DNA of 64,000 nt from Leidyana gryllorum EB-2025a (taxonomy: Eukaryota > Protista > Apicomplexa). The notes beneath the pieces are model-generated. The model made no database searches and had not been told where the DNA came from. It saw only the letters and a list, made by a program, of their open reading frames with translations. Shown here one piece after another: positions 54,999 to 64,000 of this stretch (position 1 is the stretch's first letter; the number at the start of each line of letters is the position of its first letter). The stretch covers positions 1 to 64,000 of the forward strand of contig JBLWGC010000115.1 in assembly GCA_048772705.1 (NCBI GenBank), given 5' to 3'. The position numbers and the translations under genes were made by a program.

Positions 54999-55963
54999 CT
55001 ACACTTTTCTACAACCGAAGTTCCGGCCTCCGAGAGCCGCCCCAAATCTAAGCAGCAGGAGTATCAGGACAATTGACACGAGCAGCTTACCTATACTCTG
55101 GCCCACTCCCCCTTGATCATGTTTTCTTCTAGTGCTATCACCAGGATAGGATACCTGGACCATCTCTTTCGTGGCTCGGGCACGTGCGGCTGCTGCTTGT
55201 GCCTGCGGGTGGGTGCATTTATCTGCAACAAGTGTTTGTGACTCACACTCCAAGGTGTCTCCTTGCGTCTGGCCAATATTTTCTTCCTAGACTCGTCAAA
55301 GGAGCGACGGTAGCGATCCACAAGGGCCCGTTGACCACCCGGTTTATCAGCGTTGACCTGTTTGAGCAGGACGCTGGAGAGCGGCAGATTTGCCTGGCGT
55401 CTGCTGAGTGCGAAGTCCTGGCGTTGTTCTTCATTCCGTCTTCTTTCGTCTTCCAACTCCTTTGCTTGGCGTTCTGCCAGTTCCTCGAGTGCCTTGTTAC
55501 TGCAAGCAAGAGTGCGTGCGTGTGTGTGATCGTTGTATTATGGCCGGCCTTACTCTTGTTCTCTGAATTGTTCTCGTTGTTCACGTTCGGCCCTCAATTT
55601 GAGTTCCTGAACTTGCAGATCAAACTCGGCCTGTCGTTGATCGACTTCGGGCTCCTTGGGCAGCAACCCCTGTATCGCAGCCAACAATTCCGCCTGTCCG
55701 CCTGCCGCATACTCCTCCTCCCTCTTCCGTTGAGCCTTTTCCTTCTCGGCTTTGGCCAGAGCCTTATTCAATGAGTCGCTGTCAGACTGTTGTTCGTGAA
55801 TTTGCGCCTGATCATCATAGTACATCCCGTTAAACTCGTTGTGGTAATGCGGCTGGGGCATATAGAACCCATGTTGGGGAGCGGCGAGTGGTGGTTGTTC
55901 TGCTGGAGTGTCGACGGGGAGGGGGAGAATTTGTACAGCTCCTCGTGATTGGAGAAAAATCAC
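54999..55963 (-). CDS. Hypothetical coiled-coil protein with a C-terminal hydrophobic segment (multi-exon; boundaries approximate)
   Basis: Three consecutive E/Q/R-rich ORFs ending in LLVSIVLILLLLRF. Confidence 0.45.
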
Positions 55964-56044
55964 TGGACTCTCGACTGCCTACAAAGTGTCAGAACCTTCG
56001 TCGACTGGAAGTTATATTATTGCACCAAAGCAAGAAAACAAACA

Positions 56045-57230
56045 CTATGCAACTGTATTCACCTGCTCAATCGCAAGTCGTCGTGCTTCTGCGTTCGAGC
56101 TCGACCCTTCTTCTTCAGTCGTGGGCTCAGCGGCAGCAGGGGTCGCTTGCACTTCACCAGTCGCCTCGGCGACAGTCAGCTGGGGCTCGCCACTGGGCTG
56201 AGGTGCAGAGGTGGTCGGCTGAGGCTCGGCAATCGCATCCACACAATCCATTGCCAGGACGTCGACGGAGAAGTCCTTCCCATTCACTGTCACATGTTCT
56301 CTGCTCTCCGGAATCACTTGACAGGCGCAGTTCAGTTTCTTTCGAGCGCTCCACGAACCAACGGTCTGATTTGACTCGTCTTTGTCCTGACCTTTCAGCA
56401 CAATCTTGGCTGGCTCATGTTCGATCAGCACCACCTCCACCACCGCTTGCGGTGGCACAGCGTCCATGTCAAAGAAAGCACCGTCTATAGCCTCAATGGG
56501 CCCTTCCTGCAAGCGTCGTCGAGTAGCGGGAGGCAGAGTCTCTTCGGCAACCTCCAAAGTGGTGGACGACGACTCGGCCGCAGAAGTGTCCTCCTCACCC
56601 TCGACTTCGCCTTCTGTGCCGTCAGAATCGATTTGAGCGGGTAGCGTCTCGGGCGCGATAGTGCTTTGAGAAGCATCAGACGGAGGAGTACTACTTATCG
56701 CCCCGGGAGGAGAAGAAGTCGTCGTCGTTGACTTTGATCCCGGTGTGGGTGCCAACGCCGCTATCCCAATGCACTTGTCCAGCCCTCCGACGATCTTGAT
56801 GAAGTTCTCGGCATCAGTCACATCCACCCGCGGAGCCATCAATAATCTGGTCAACTTGAGCGACGTTCCCACCTTCTCTGTCATCGATTTGAGCGTGTCA
56901 GAGAGAGCAGCTCTGTCTCCCCCAAAGTCAAAAGCTCTTCGAACAAATCCCAAATCCGTATCACCCAGAGCAAACTGCCCGACCTCTCCCATGAAATTCT
57001 GTTGTGCAATCACATCGCTGTCATCGTCCACAGACTTGTCATCGACCTGAGCCTCGCCCGTTGAGAAAAGCGTCTCACTCCAATATCGTTTCGGGAGCCG
57101 AAGGAATGTAGAATCCAATGTTTCCTGATTAGCAAACATGACTAGTGTGCGCCTTCCAGGAACGCCAGAAACCTACCCGGTCAGGCGCCGCCAGTACGGC
57201 CGAGGTACTAACCAGCAGAGCAAGCCACAT
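56045..57230 (-). CDS. Secreted T/E/S-rich (mucin-like) protein
   Basis: Upstream exon MWLALLVSTSAVLAAPDR can splice to the 364 aa ORF; RRL motifs. Confidence 0.6.
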
Positions 57231-57338
57231 GGTCAATAAACTTTGGTCAAGTGTGTGTGATCAGGGTGCACGCCGGTAGATCATCTGACAAGTTGTAAAA
57301 AAAAACTTCAATGTCTTGAAGTTCGATAATTGAAGGCA

Positions 57339-59267
57339 ATGCTCATTAGGCAGAAACCTTCCAGGTCCAGTGCGGCCACGAGTAAATGGGCCGCTATACT
57401 GAGCTCTGCGTTGCCCCCGTGGAACCCTCAACAGATGATGGAGTATGGGGAGCCCGTCAACGCCAAACAGGCCGAGTTGGCACGCCAAATAAACTTACAG
57501 GACCAACGAGACGCGAGACTGTACCAACAAACTCAGGCAGTTCAAGCTGCTCTCCAAGCCTTCAAGCCAAAGATCAGCAAAAGGGGGAAGAAGCGGAGAA
57601 GCTTCTTCGATACCGATCACCAACAGATGTTGCGCTGGGAGGAGAAAAACCTCGAATTGGCACGGAAGGTCGCTAAGATTGGAAAGTATCCCATTTTCCG
57701 GAGCGACAAACAGTCCATCGCGATATTGTTGCGAGACGAGCCTTCAGACATGGCGAAGCCCAGGGCCCGTGACGGCACTGGCGCTGAGGGCTCCAAACTC
57801 ACCATCACATATAACAAGGAGAGTGACGATTGGAGAAAAATGAGCGAGGGTTACAAGTGTTTGATGTGGTTCTTGGAGAACCCGGCGAGGCGGATCCAGC
57901 TCCAAAAGTACACAGATGCTGCAGTTCGCTTCTTGGGTGTGCTTTCCCATGTCATCAAGAATGCGCATCCATATTTCTTCATTTTGGCCGATGAGGACCA
58001 AGCCCTTGACCTCTGGGATCACTGGTACCAACAAGCCGCCAAACCGGATGCCTCCGTAATTCGATATCTGGGCTCTACCAACTCGAGTGGTCTGAGCCGG
58101 CTGGCACACATGTCTCAATTGAACTCCATCAGCGGGATGTTCTTTACTGTGCTCAAATCCAGTCAGGCCGACATGCGTCGGCGGCCAGATCCATATGACG
58201 AGAGCGACATATTGAATTGCATCAAGCTCGCATCCGCCATTCCGGTCTCAAAGGATAAGCAGGTGGCGGTGAAGGAGAGCGTACTAACGCGATTGCAGAG
58301 CATTTTCACTCGATTGCAGAAAATGATCAAGATGGGCAGCAAATCGAAGATCAGCTGGAGCAGTTTTGAAGCCGCCTGCGATGCTCTGACCAATGTACCA
58401 AATCATCGTAACCTGGTAACCATTCTGAAGACAAGTGCTTCGCAACTAGTTCCCGAGCTGCGTTTGTTCGGGGCCGTCTCGCGCGTAATCGCTCATTTGA
58501 ACTGGGCTTACCGGGAGTCAATGTCTGTTACAAATGTTGCAGCACTCTCCAGGGATACAAACGAACCAGTTTCCCGCGGCAAGAAGCGCGACTTTTGTCA
58601 TGCGTTTCACAGATGGTACATGGCCGTCATCCTCCACAATATGCATCTGATGACTAACTCAGAAGACTTGACGATCTTGCAGGAGCTATGCCGTATTCCT
58701 GGAATGTCACAAACCACAGCTTTCCTGGATGCTGTGGCCAAACCCTTGGAAACCAAGGATTACGAATGGCTCCGTCTGCAGCCCACCGGCGCAGCACTCG
58801 AGTATTTTGAAAACAATAACGATCATCATGACATCCGATCTGAAAGATCCTTCCGCCCTCCGCTGGATCGTCCGTTTGATATGGGTAGCAAAGCCCCGGG
58901 CAGGGAACCATCGATAGTGCTCCATGAGCTCTTGGAATTGAAACCCATTGTTGCAGTTCCAACCAATAAGCACGGGATGCACGTGATGCAATATCTGAGC
59001 AATTTACCTTCTGCTTACCGAGGAGACAAATTGGAGAAAGTGACAATCAAATACGACTTGGACGAAGGCTGCTTTGAACAGACCTCCATGCGGACGAGCA
59101 AACCAGTCAAGTTGACGGCTAGGGTTGCAAAAACATCATCAGGAATGAGCACGGGAGGGCCCAAAAGTGCTGAGGAAACAGCCGCGAGCGCATCAGGGTC
59201 GGTAGAATCAACTGAATCGGTCGACGCAGCAACTCTGCTCAGAGAGGCCAGCTCACAGTCCAATTAA
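57339..59267 (+). CDS. Hypothetical basic helical protein
   Basis: ~640 aa uninterrupted ORF; KRGKKRR NLS-like. Confidence 0.65.
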   Translation: MLIRQKPSRSSAATSKWAAILSSALPPWNPQQMMEYGEPVNAKQAELARQINLQDQRDARLYQQTQAVQAALQAFKPKISKRGKKRRSFFDTDHQQMLRWEEKNLELARKVAKIGKYPIFRSDKQSIAILLRDEPSDMAKPRARDGTGAEGSKLTITYNKESDDWRKMSEGYKCLMWFLENPARRIQLQKYTDAAVRFLGVLSHVIKNAHPYFFILADEDQALDLWDHWYQQAAKPDASVIRYLGSTNSSGLSRLAHMSQLNSISGMFFTVLKSSQADMRRRPDPYDESDILNCIKLASAIPVSKDKQVAVKESVLTRLQSIFTRLQKMIKMGSKSKISWSSFEAACDALTNVPNHRNLVTILKTSASQLVPELRLFGAVSRVIAHLNWAYRESMSVTNVAALSRDTNEPVSRGKKRDFCHAFHRWYMAVILHNMHLMTNSEDLTILQELCRIPGMSQTTAFLDAVAKPLETKDYEWLRLQPTGAALEYFENNNDHHDIRSERSFRPPLDRPFDMGSKAPGREPSIVLHELLELKPIVAVPTNKHGMHVMQYLSNLPSAYRGDKLEKVTIKYDLDEGCFEQTSMRTSKPVKLTARVAKTSSGMSTGGPKSAEETAASASGSVESTESVDAATLLREASSQSN

Positions 59268-59372
59268 ATAAATTAGATCATATGTCAATGATACACCCTG
59301 TAGTATTATACACACACAGACACTATATTATTGTTATGCGATAACCACACATCTCAGATGTTCGTGTGTCTC

Positions 59373-62150
59373 TCAAACTCCGCCAGAGTCTTGACGAGCA
59401 TTCCTCCGCGCCCAGCGTTTCACACGCGGCTGCGGATCATCTTCACCACCGCTCGTTCCCGGTTTTCCGTCGTGAACTATAGTTGGGGGGAGAGTTGGGG
59501 CAGGGAGCGGCTGTGTTTCAATGGGAGCGATCGATGCCGCTCTCTCGCGTTCATAATCCAGAGCTTTCTGCCAAGAGTCCCAGAATAAACTCTTGCGTTG
59601 CATCGCTTGATGAGTGGCAGAATCTCGAGTAAATGCTTTCAAACTAGCAGCGTCGGTGGGGGGCACCTTGAGCAAATAAATGGTGGGATGAATTGGCAGC
59701 CCCTGCGAACGTTTATCAAGAAAGCAACAATGAGAAGCTGTCCCTACGGTTGTGGTGGCGACAATTCGAGCCTCCGGTGTTTGTCGGAAGTGGATGCGTC
59801 CGCTTTCATCGAGTGGGCACTGAAAGCGGGCGGTTGAATGCGTTTCCACAGTTACTGAGGTATTGCCATGGGGGGCAACAGCTACGGAGGCGTCAAAGAA
59901 AAGTTCCGATCTGTCCTGGGCCACATGCTGTCCGCTCAGTTCGATCATTCCTCCCACTTCGGAACGTTGTTGGCATCGTCCACCCCAATGTACCACACTT
60001 CCGCCCTGAGCTAACACATGGTCGAACCGTGGGCCCGCCTTGTAAGATCCCTCAATGTCCACCACGCTATGATCGGACACATCCATTCCCTTCGCGAGGC
60101 GGAAGTCTGTGTTAGCCATCACCTCCAGGGTTGAACGGCCCGAAACCAGGACCCAGTCAGCTTCGAAGAGCCCTGTACCCAGGAGCACACGGGAAGTCTG
60201 GCTGAGCTCCAGCAATCCAATCCGCACTGTGTCCACTCCCACACCTCGCAAGAGACTTCCACTCTCCAGAGTGACCATTTTGCCCGGGGAGAAAGATGAT
60301 TGAGTGGATCCAGGTGAGCGAAGTAGATCGAATTTGGTTTGGCCCTTGAGAACCAGAGCGTGTTTGGAGTCGTGTGTCTTCCAACTACCCGCAGCAGCCG
60401 TACTCTGCGACAATATTGTCACCATGGGCTTCTTGGAGTCAGTAATGGCATTGGCGAATATCCGCCTGCCTCCCAAGACGATGCCTTCCGTCACTTTCAT
60501 TGAGCTTTTCTGTATCATGAGGACCGGTTGCTCTTGGATACATGCCATTGGGGTTGACTTTACCGCATCCGGCAAGATAACAGGGTGCCGTGGAGTTGAG
60601 AAGTCGTGACTGCGGATACGCATCTCTCCACTGACTTCAATTGAAGACTGCTGGTCGAGAATGACACTGCATCCAACGTTGACGGCCGGAACGTTCAGAC
60701 TCGCACCGTTCTTGGCTTTGATATCCTCGCCAACAGTCAGAGTGGAGCGATAGCCATTCATCAGAATACTCGAATAATTGGACAGGAGGAGCGCTCCTGT
60801 GTTGACATTACCTTCGAAACATGTGACTTCGGCGCCGTCGTCAGCGACCAAATACTCCAGAATTGTCAGTGCTTTGTTTACATAGACCTTCGCATTGTCA
60901 TAAGCCTCGATCGACAGCACCTCGAGAGCGTGACCAAACAGCAAGTCACCGCCAGACACCATCGCGAGGTCCTTAATTAGGGACGATCGGATCACACTCA
61001 GAGTGCCAGCGTCAGCCACCGCAACGTCAAACGCTTGGAGAGACCCCCCGACCGTCAGGGCGGCTCCAGTGGTCACCTTGACCAGTTCCTTGGCATCCAA
61101 CGTACCCTGCAGGCCTACAGTACTGCCTTCCATTACCGCAAGGTTCGCTACCGAGAGCACACTGTCTTCCCCTGATACGAAAGCTGAGCTGCTGGCAAGA
61201 AGAGCCATGTCTCCGTTGTTACCATCCTCGTCAGCTACCATGACAGAGGAACAGCGACTAAGCCACATCGAGCCCTTATCGAGTCCAACAGTGCGAATTA
61301 CAGTTCGGCCGAATGTGAAAAGAGCAGCATTATTACGCATGAAGAGCATTCCGCGAGGCATAAATAGAGCTTCAGGCAACTTGGGGGATCGATGCTCACA
61401 GAGAAAGTCGTCTCGTGCCGGGTAGGCAGGTAGAATGCTCATGGGAGGAACGGGCAAAGACGACCGGCCATCGAGGTGCTGCTGGCCTGATTTACGTAGT
61501 CTCACTTTACTCAGTCGCGCATATGTATCAGAGGCAGGCGGCTCGGGCGTGGGCGGGAGACCACTGAGGCCGAGGAAGCTGGCCACGCCCGAGGCCAGGG
61601 AGCTCGCACTATCCATTGTGATTGATGTGGCAAATATCGATCCGAGCACTGTGACATGCCCGGAGACCAGGAGAGAAGCCGCAGGTAGAAATATGGAGCC
61701 TCCATCTCCAAAGCACACAGGCTTGTCACTTGTGCGGCTGCGAGTACATCTCTCGCGGGCAAAGATGCTCAATCGGCTGGTTGTAACTTCGTGGGCAGCA
61801 GCTTCGGAAAAATCTTCAAAGACGGATGTATTGGCGGCTGTCACGATGGTCAGCCGCCCGCGCACCACGAGATTGCCGCAAATGGTTAGATCCTCATTGA
61901 CGAGAAAGGCAGGACAGGCCGGATCGTTCCAGATCTCGGCCGCATCCTTTGAATTACCGTACGCTTCTTTCAGGTCTGTGTAGGGCTGTCTCAGTAAGTG
62001 CGATAAGACGGGGAATCGGTCCTCGAAGTCACTCTCTAAGAAGGGTGCTTCGAGATGGTCGTGCTGGTGGGGTGATCCCAAGAGCTCATCGACATTGGTT
62101 GATCCGAGCACCACCACAGTTGATATAAACAGACATTTTAATTGACGCAT
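59373..62150 (-). CDS. Secreted beta-solenoid/adhesin-like protein
   Basis: Signal peptide; ~600 aa of G/S/A-rich alternating hydrophobic strands (GAALTVGGSLQA, GASLNV, STLEV). Confidence 0.65.
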   Translation of the reverse strand: MRQLKCLFISTVVVLGSTNVDELLGSPHQHDHLEAPFLESDFEDRFPVLSHLLRQPYTDLKEAYGNSKDAAEIWNDPACPAFLVNEDLTICGNLVVRGRLTIVTAANTSVFEDFSEAAAHEVTTSRLSIFARERCTRSRTSDKPVCFGDGGSIFLPAASLLVSGHVTVLGSIFATSITMDSASSLASGVASFLGLSGLPPTPEPPASDTYARLSKVRLRKSGQQHLDGRSSLPVPPMSILPAYPARDDFLCEHRSPKLPEALFMPRGMLFMRNNAALFTFGRTVIRTVGLDKGSMWLSRCSSVMVADEDGNNGDMALLASSSAFVSGEDSVLSVANLAVMEGSTVGLQGTLDAKELVKVTTGAALTVGGSLQAFDVAVADAGTLSVIRSSLIKDLAMVSGGDLLFGHALEVLSIEAYDNAKVYVNKALTILEYLVADDGAEVTCFEGNVNTGALLLSNYSSILMNGYRSTLTVGEDIKAKNGASLNVPAVNVGCSVILDQQSSIEVSGEMRIRSHDFSTPRHPVILPDAVKSTPMACIQEQPVLMIQKSSMKVTEGIVLGGRRIFANAITDSKKPMVTILSQSTAAAGSWKTHDSKHALVLKGQTKFDLLRSPGSTQSSFSPGKMVTLESGSLLRGVGVDTVRIGLLELSQTSRVLLGTGLFEADWVLVSGRSTLEVMANTDFRLAKGMDVSDHSVVDIEGSYKAGPRFDHVLAQGGSVVHWGGRCQQRSEVGGMIELSGQHVAQDRSELFFDASVAVAPHGNTSVTVETHSTARFQCPLDESGRIHFRQTPEARIVATTTVGTASHCCFLDKRSQGLPIHPTIYLLKVPPTDAASLKAFTRDSATHQAMQRKSLFWDSWQKALDYERERAASIAPIETQPLPAPTLPPTIVHDGKPGTSGGEDDPQPRVKRWARRNARQDSGGV

Positions 62151-62201
62151 CGCGCTACCTATCTAAGTCAGGGGATTTGACCAAAAAGACTGGTGAAAAG
62201 A

Positions 62202-63998
62202 CTACGCGAATCCGGATGCCACCCAGCCTCGAATTATACCAGCCAGAGACGCTGGTAGGTCAGCCATGTCTTTCAGAACGGTATAGTACCGGAAGGGGAA
62301 GTCAGTATTGAGGAAACGCCTATTTAAGGTTGTGATGTCCAGTTTCCCATCGCGATAGAGGGGTTCCTTGATATCATACACACTTCTGTTACATTGCGGT
62401 TTGTCCAGGATGACCAAAACCGGATCCACTCCGATCGACTGGAGCCGCTGGAGTTTGAGGAGGATACCCTGTTTGCTGAAACGCCCATCAGACAGAATCA
62501 GAAGGAGTCGCTTGCCCTGGCCTCCTGAGGCTTGTTCCTCGAACAACTGGAAGGCTCCATCGAAGAGGGTCAGGAGAGCCGAGTTGAAACCGCCCGCGCT
62601 ACTCTCATCGAAAGTGAGCTTATTGATCAAAGCTCTCCCACTGCTTTCGTCCAACGCTTGTCCAAAGTCCAACAGTCTGGAAACCTCCTTCCCGCCGTAA
62701 CCCAACACAGCCAAGTCTCCGGCCTCCAGGCGTCTGAGGGCGAGCGCAATTGCGACCATTGTGGGAACTGCAGCTTCATGCAGGCCCAACTCCCCCATAG
62801 ACGCACTATTATCGACTGCGATACTTATCTGATACTTTCGCTTCGATAGCCGCGTCCTTCTCAACCAGATGGCATCACGACGGAAGTCAGATGCGATGAA
62901 AGCCATCACCTGCTTCATACTCAGCTTTTTACCACTCTTGAAGAACCCTTGATATCGACCCTTGTTGGTGGGCTCCAGCACCATCCGTAACGACTCACAC
63001 AGCTCGGCCGATAGTTGAGACACCTCCTCCTCCAACTCAGACCACGTCCGCCATCTTAGCTCGACTCGAGATCCCGCAGAAACGACCTGATCGTCCGACT
63101 CCTCCTCCTTCTTCGCCACCCCAGCCTTGTTGGCAGTCACACGCGACGAGGGCTTGGCACCAGACTGGTCAGCTGCGTCCTCCGCCTCTTCCATTTCTTC
63201 TTTGACCATTTCTGACTTAACTTCCTCCTCTTCTGGTCCACTGCTGGTGGGAGGCTGCCAGGAGCTGTCGAATTCAGCATTGACGTTCCTTTGCTCTTCT
63301 GTCGTCTCGCTTTGTTGAGGGACGTGATCAGATTGTCTTGCTTGATCTGAACTCCCGTCTACCAACGCTTGACCTATTTGGCCGCTGTTCTCATCTACCA
63401 TCGCTGTGTCTATATCCTGGTCGTTTTGATTGCCGTCTGGGGACGCTCCTGCCTCCTCCATCGCTGCACTGTCAGCTTGGAGCAGCTCGTTGACTTGTCT
63501 TTTGGCTACGTCCGGTGGCTGGTCCAAAGCACCGGGTTGGGCTTTGGTCCGTTGCTGAGCGCCGGACGACCCCTCGCTTGACTGCGAGTGGAGCCCCACT
63601 CGAGCGGACTGTCCACCACCGCTCTGGTCACCACCACCCTCGTTCATCTCAGTTCGGTTCCCGTCTCCGGTCATGGACTGACTCGATGGAGGTGGCAACC
63701 CATCATCTGCGCCTTCTTCAAGACCAGCGTCTGCTCTTCCGTCGGCTCGCTCGTCTTCATTTGTTTGCCCATTCTGGTTCTCTTCACCTTGCAGTGGCTC
63801 GTCTCCCTCCATTGCCTCCTCCTTATGGCCCTCTTCCGTTTCGGTCGGCTCGTTGGGGTTTTGGCCCTCGCCTTCTGGCTCGTCGCCATCCACAGCGTTG
63901 TCCTTTTCATCCATATTGTTGTCGTCGCTGTCGTCAACATCGTCTCCCATAGTATCGGGAATGGCATCATCTTCCATATCGGATTCAGCAGCAATCTC
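62202..63998 (-). CDS. MDN1: Midasin/Rea1 C-terminus (acidic D/E region + MIDAS/VWA domain), partial
   Basis: L.ESLR.VLEPT...YQG.FKSGKKLSMK.V..FIAS.FRRD.IWLRRT..SKR.YQI.IAVDNSASM; FPF.YY. Confidence 0.92.
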   Translation of the reverse strand, partial: EIAAESDMEDDAIPDTMGDDVDDSDDNNMDEKDNAVDGDEPEGEGQNPNEPTETEEGHKEEAMEGDEPLQGEENQNGQTNEDERADGRADAGLEEGADDGLPPPSSQSMTGDGNRTEMNEGGGDQSGGGQSARVGLHSQSSEGSSGAQQRTKAQPGALDQPPDVAKRQVNELLQADSAAMEEAGASPDGNQNDQDIDTAMVDENSGQIGQALVDGSSDQARQSDHVPQQSETTEEQRNVNAEFDSSWQPPTSSGPEEEEVKSEMVKEEMEEAEDAADQSGAKPSSRVTANKAGVAKKEEESDDQVVSAGSRVELRWRTWSELEEEVSQLSAELCESLRMVLEPTNKGRYQGFFKSGKKLSMKQVMAFIASDFRRDAIWLRRTRLSKRKYQISIAVDNSASMGELGLHEAAVPTMVAIALALRRLEAGDLAVLGYGGKEVSRLLDFGQALDESSGRALINKLTFDESSAGGFNSALLTLFDGAFQLFEEQASGGQGKRLLLILSDGRFSKQGILLKLQRLQSIGVDPVLVILDKPQCNRSVYDIKEPLYRDGKLDITTLNRRFLNTDFPFRYYTVLKDMADLPASLAGIIRGWVASGFA

Positions 63999-64000
63999 GT

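Overview
Very compact eukaryotic genomic DNA with short (~33-56 nt) GT-AG introns and tiny intergenic gaps. An alveolin/IMC gene and an intronless pyruvate:NADP+ oxidoreductase (PFO-CPR fusion) point to an alveolate, most likely a gregarine-like apicomplexan (inference). Recognisable genes: two tandem PARG-like genes, MTR4, PRP43, PIG-X/PBN1-like, a J-domain protein, BUD32, PNO, an RRN3-like/DUF3223 protein, a TPR-SET protein, an F-box-like protein, MED7, ERH and the 3' end of midasin. The main novelty is a ~17.6 kb block (10371-27947) of about 20 consecutive orphan genes between MTR4 and PRP43, nearly all with signal peptides. After manual splicing they share an N-terminal PQ(I/V)xxxP(I/V)(Y/F)xxxxVxxPIPVP motif, a recurrent R[S/T][A/V]Q tetrapeptide and a weakly conserved Gly/Asn-rich C-terminal module. 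Neighbouring genes carry Tyr/Pro/His-rich repeats and a GHGD...PNLLD..GDG..TDG repeat. The block looks like a clustered, possibly proteolytically processed wall or coat protein system (gametocyst/oocyst wall hypothesis). All splicing and homology calls were made by eye; no searches were run.
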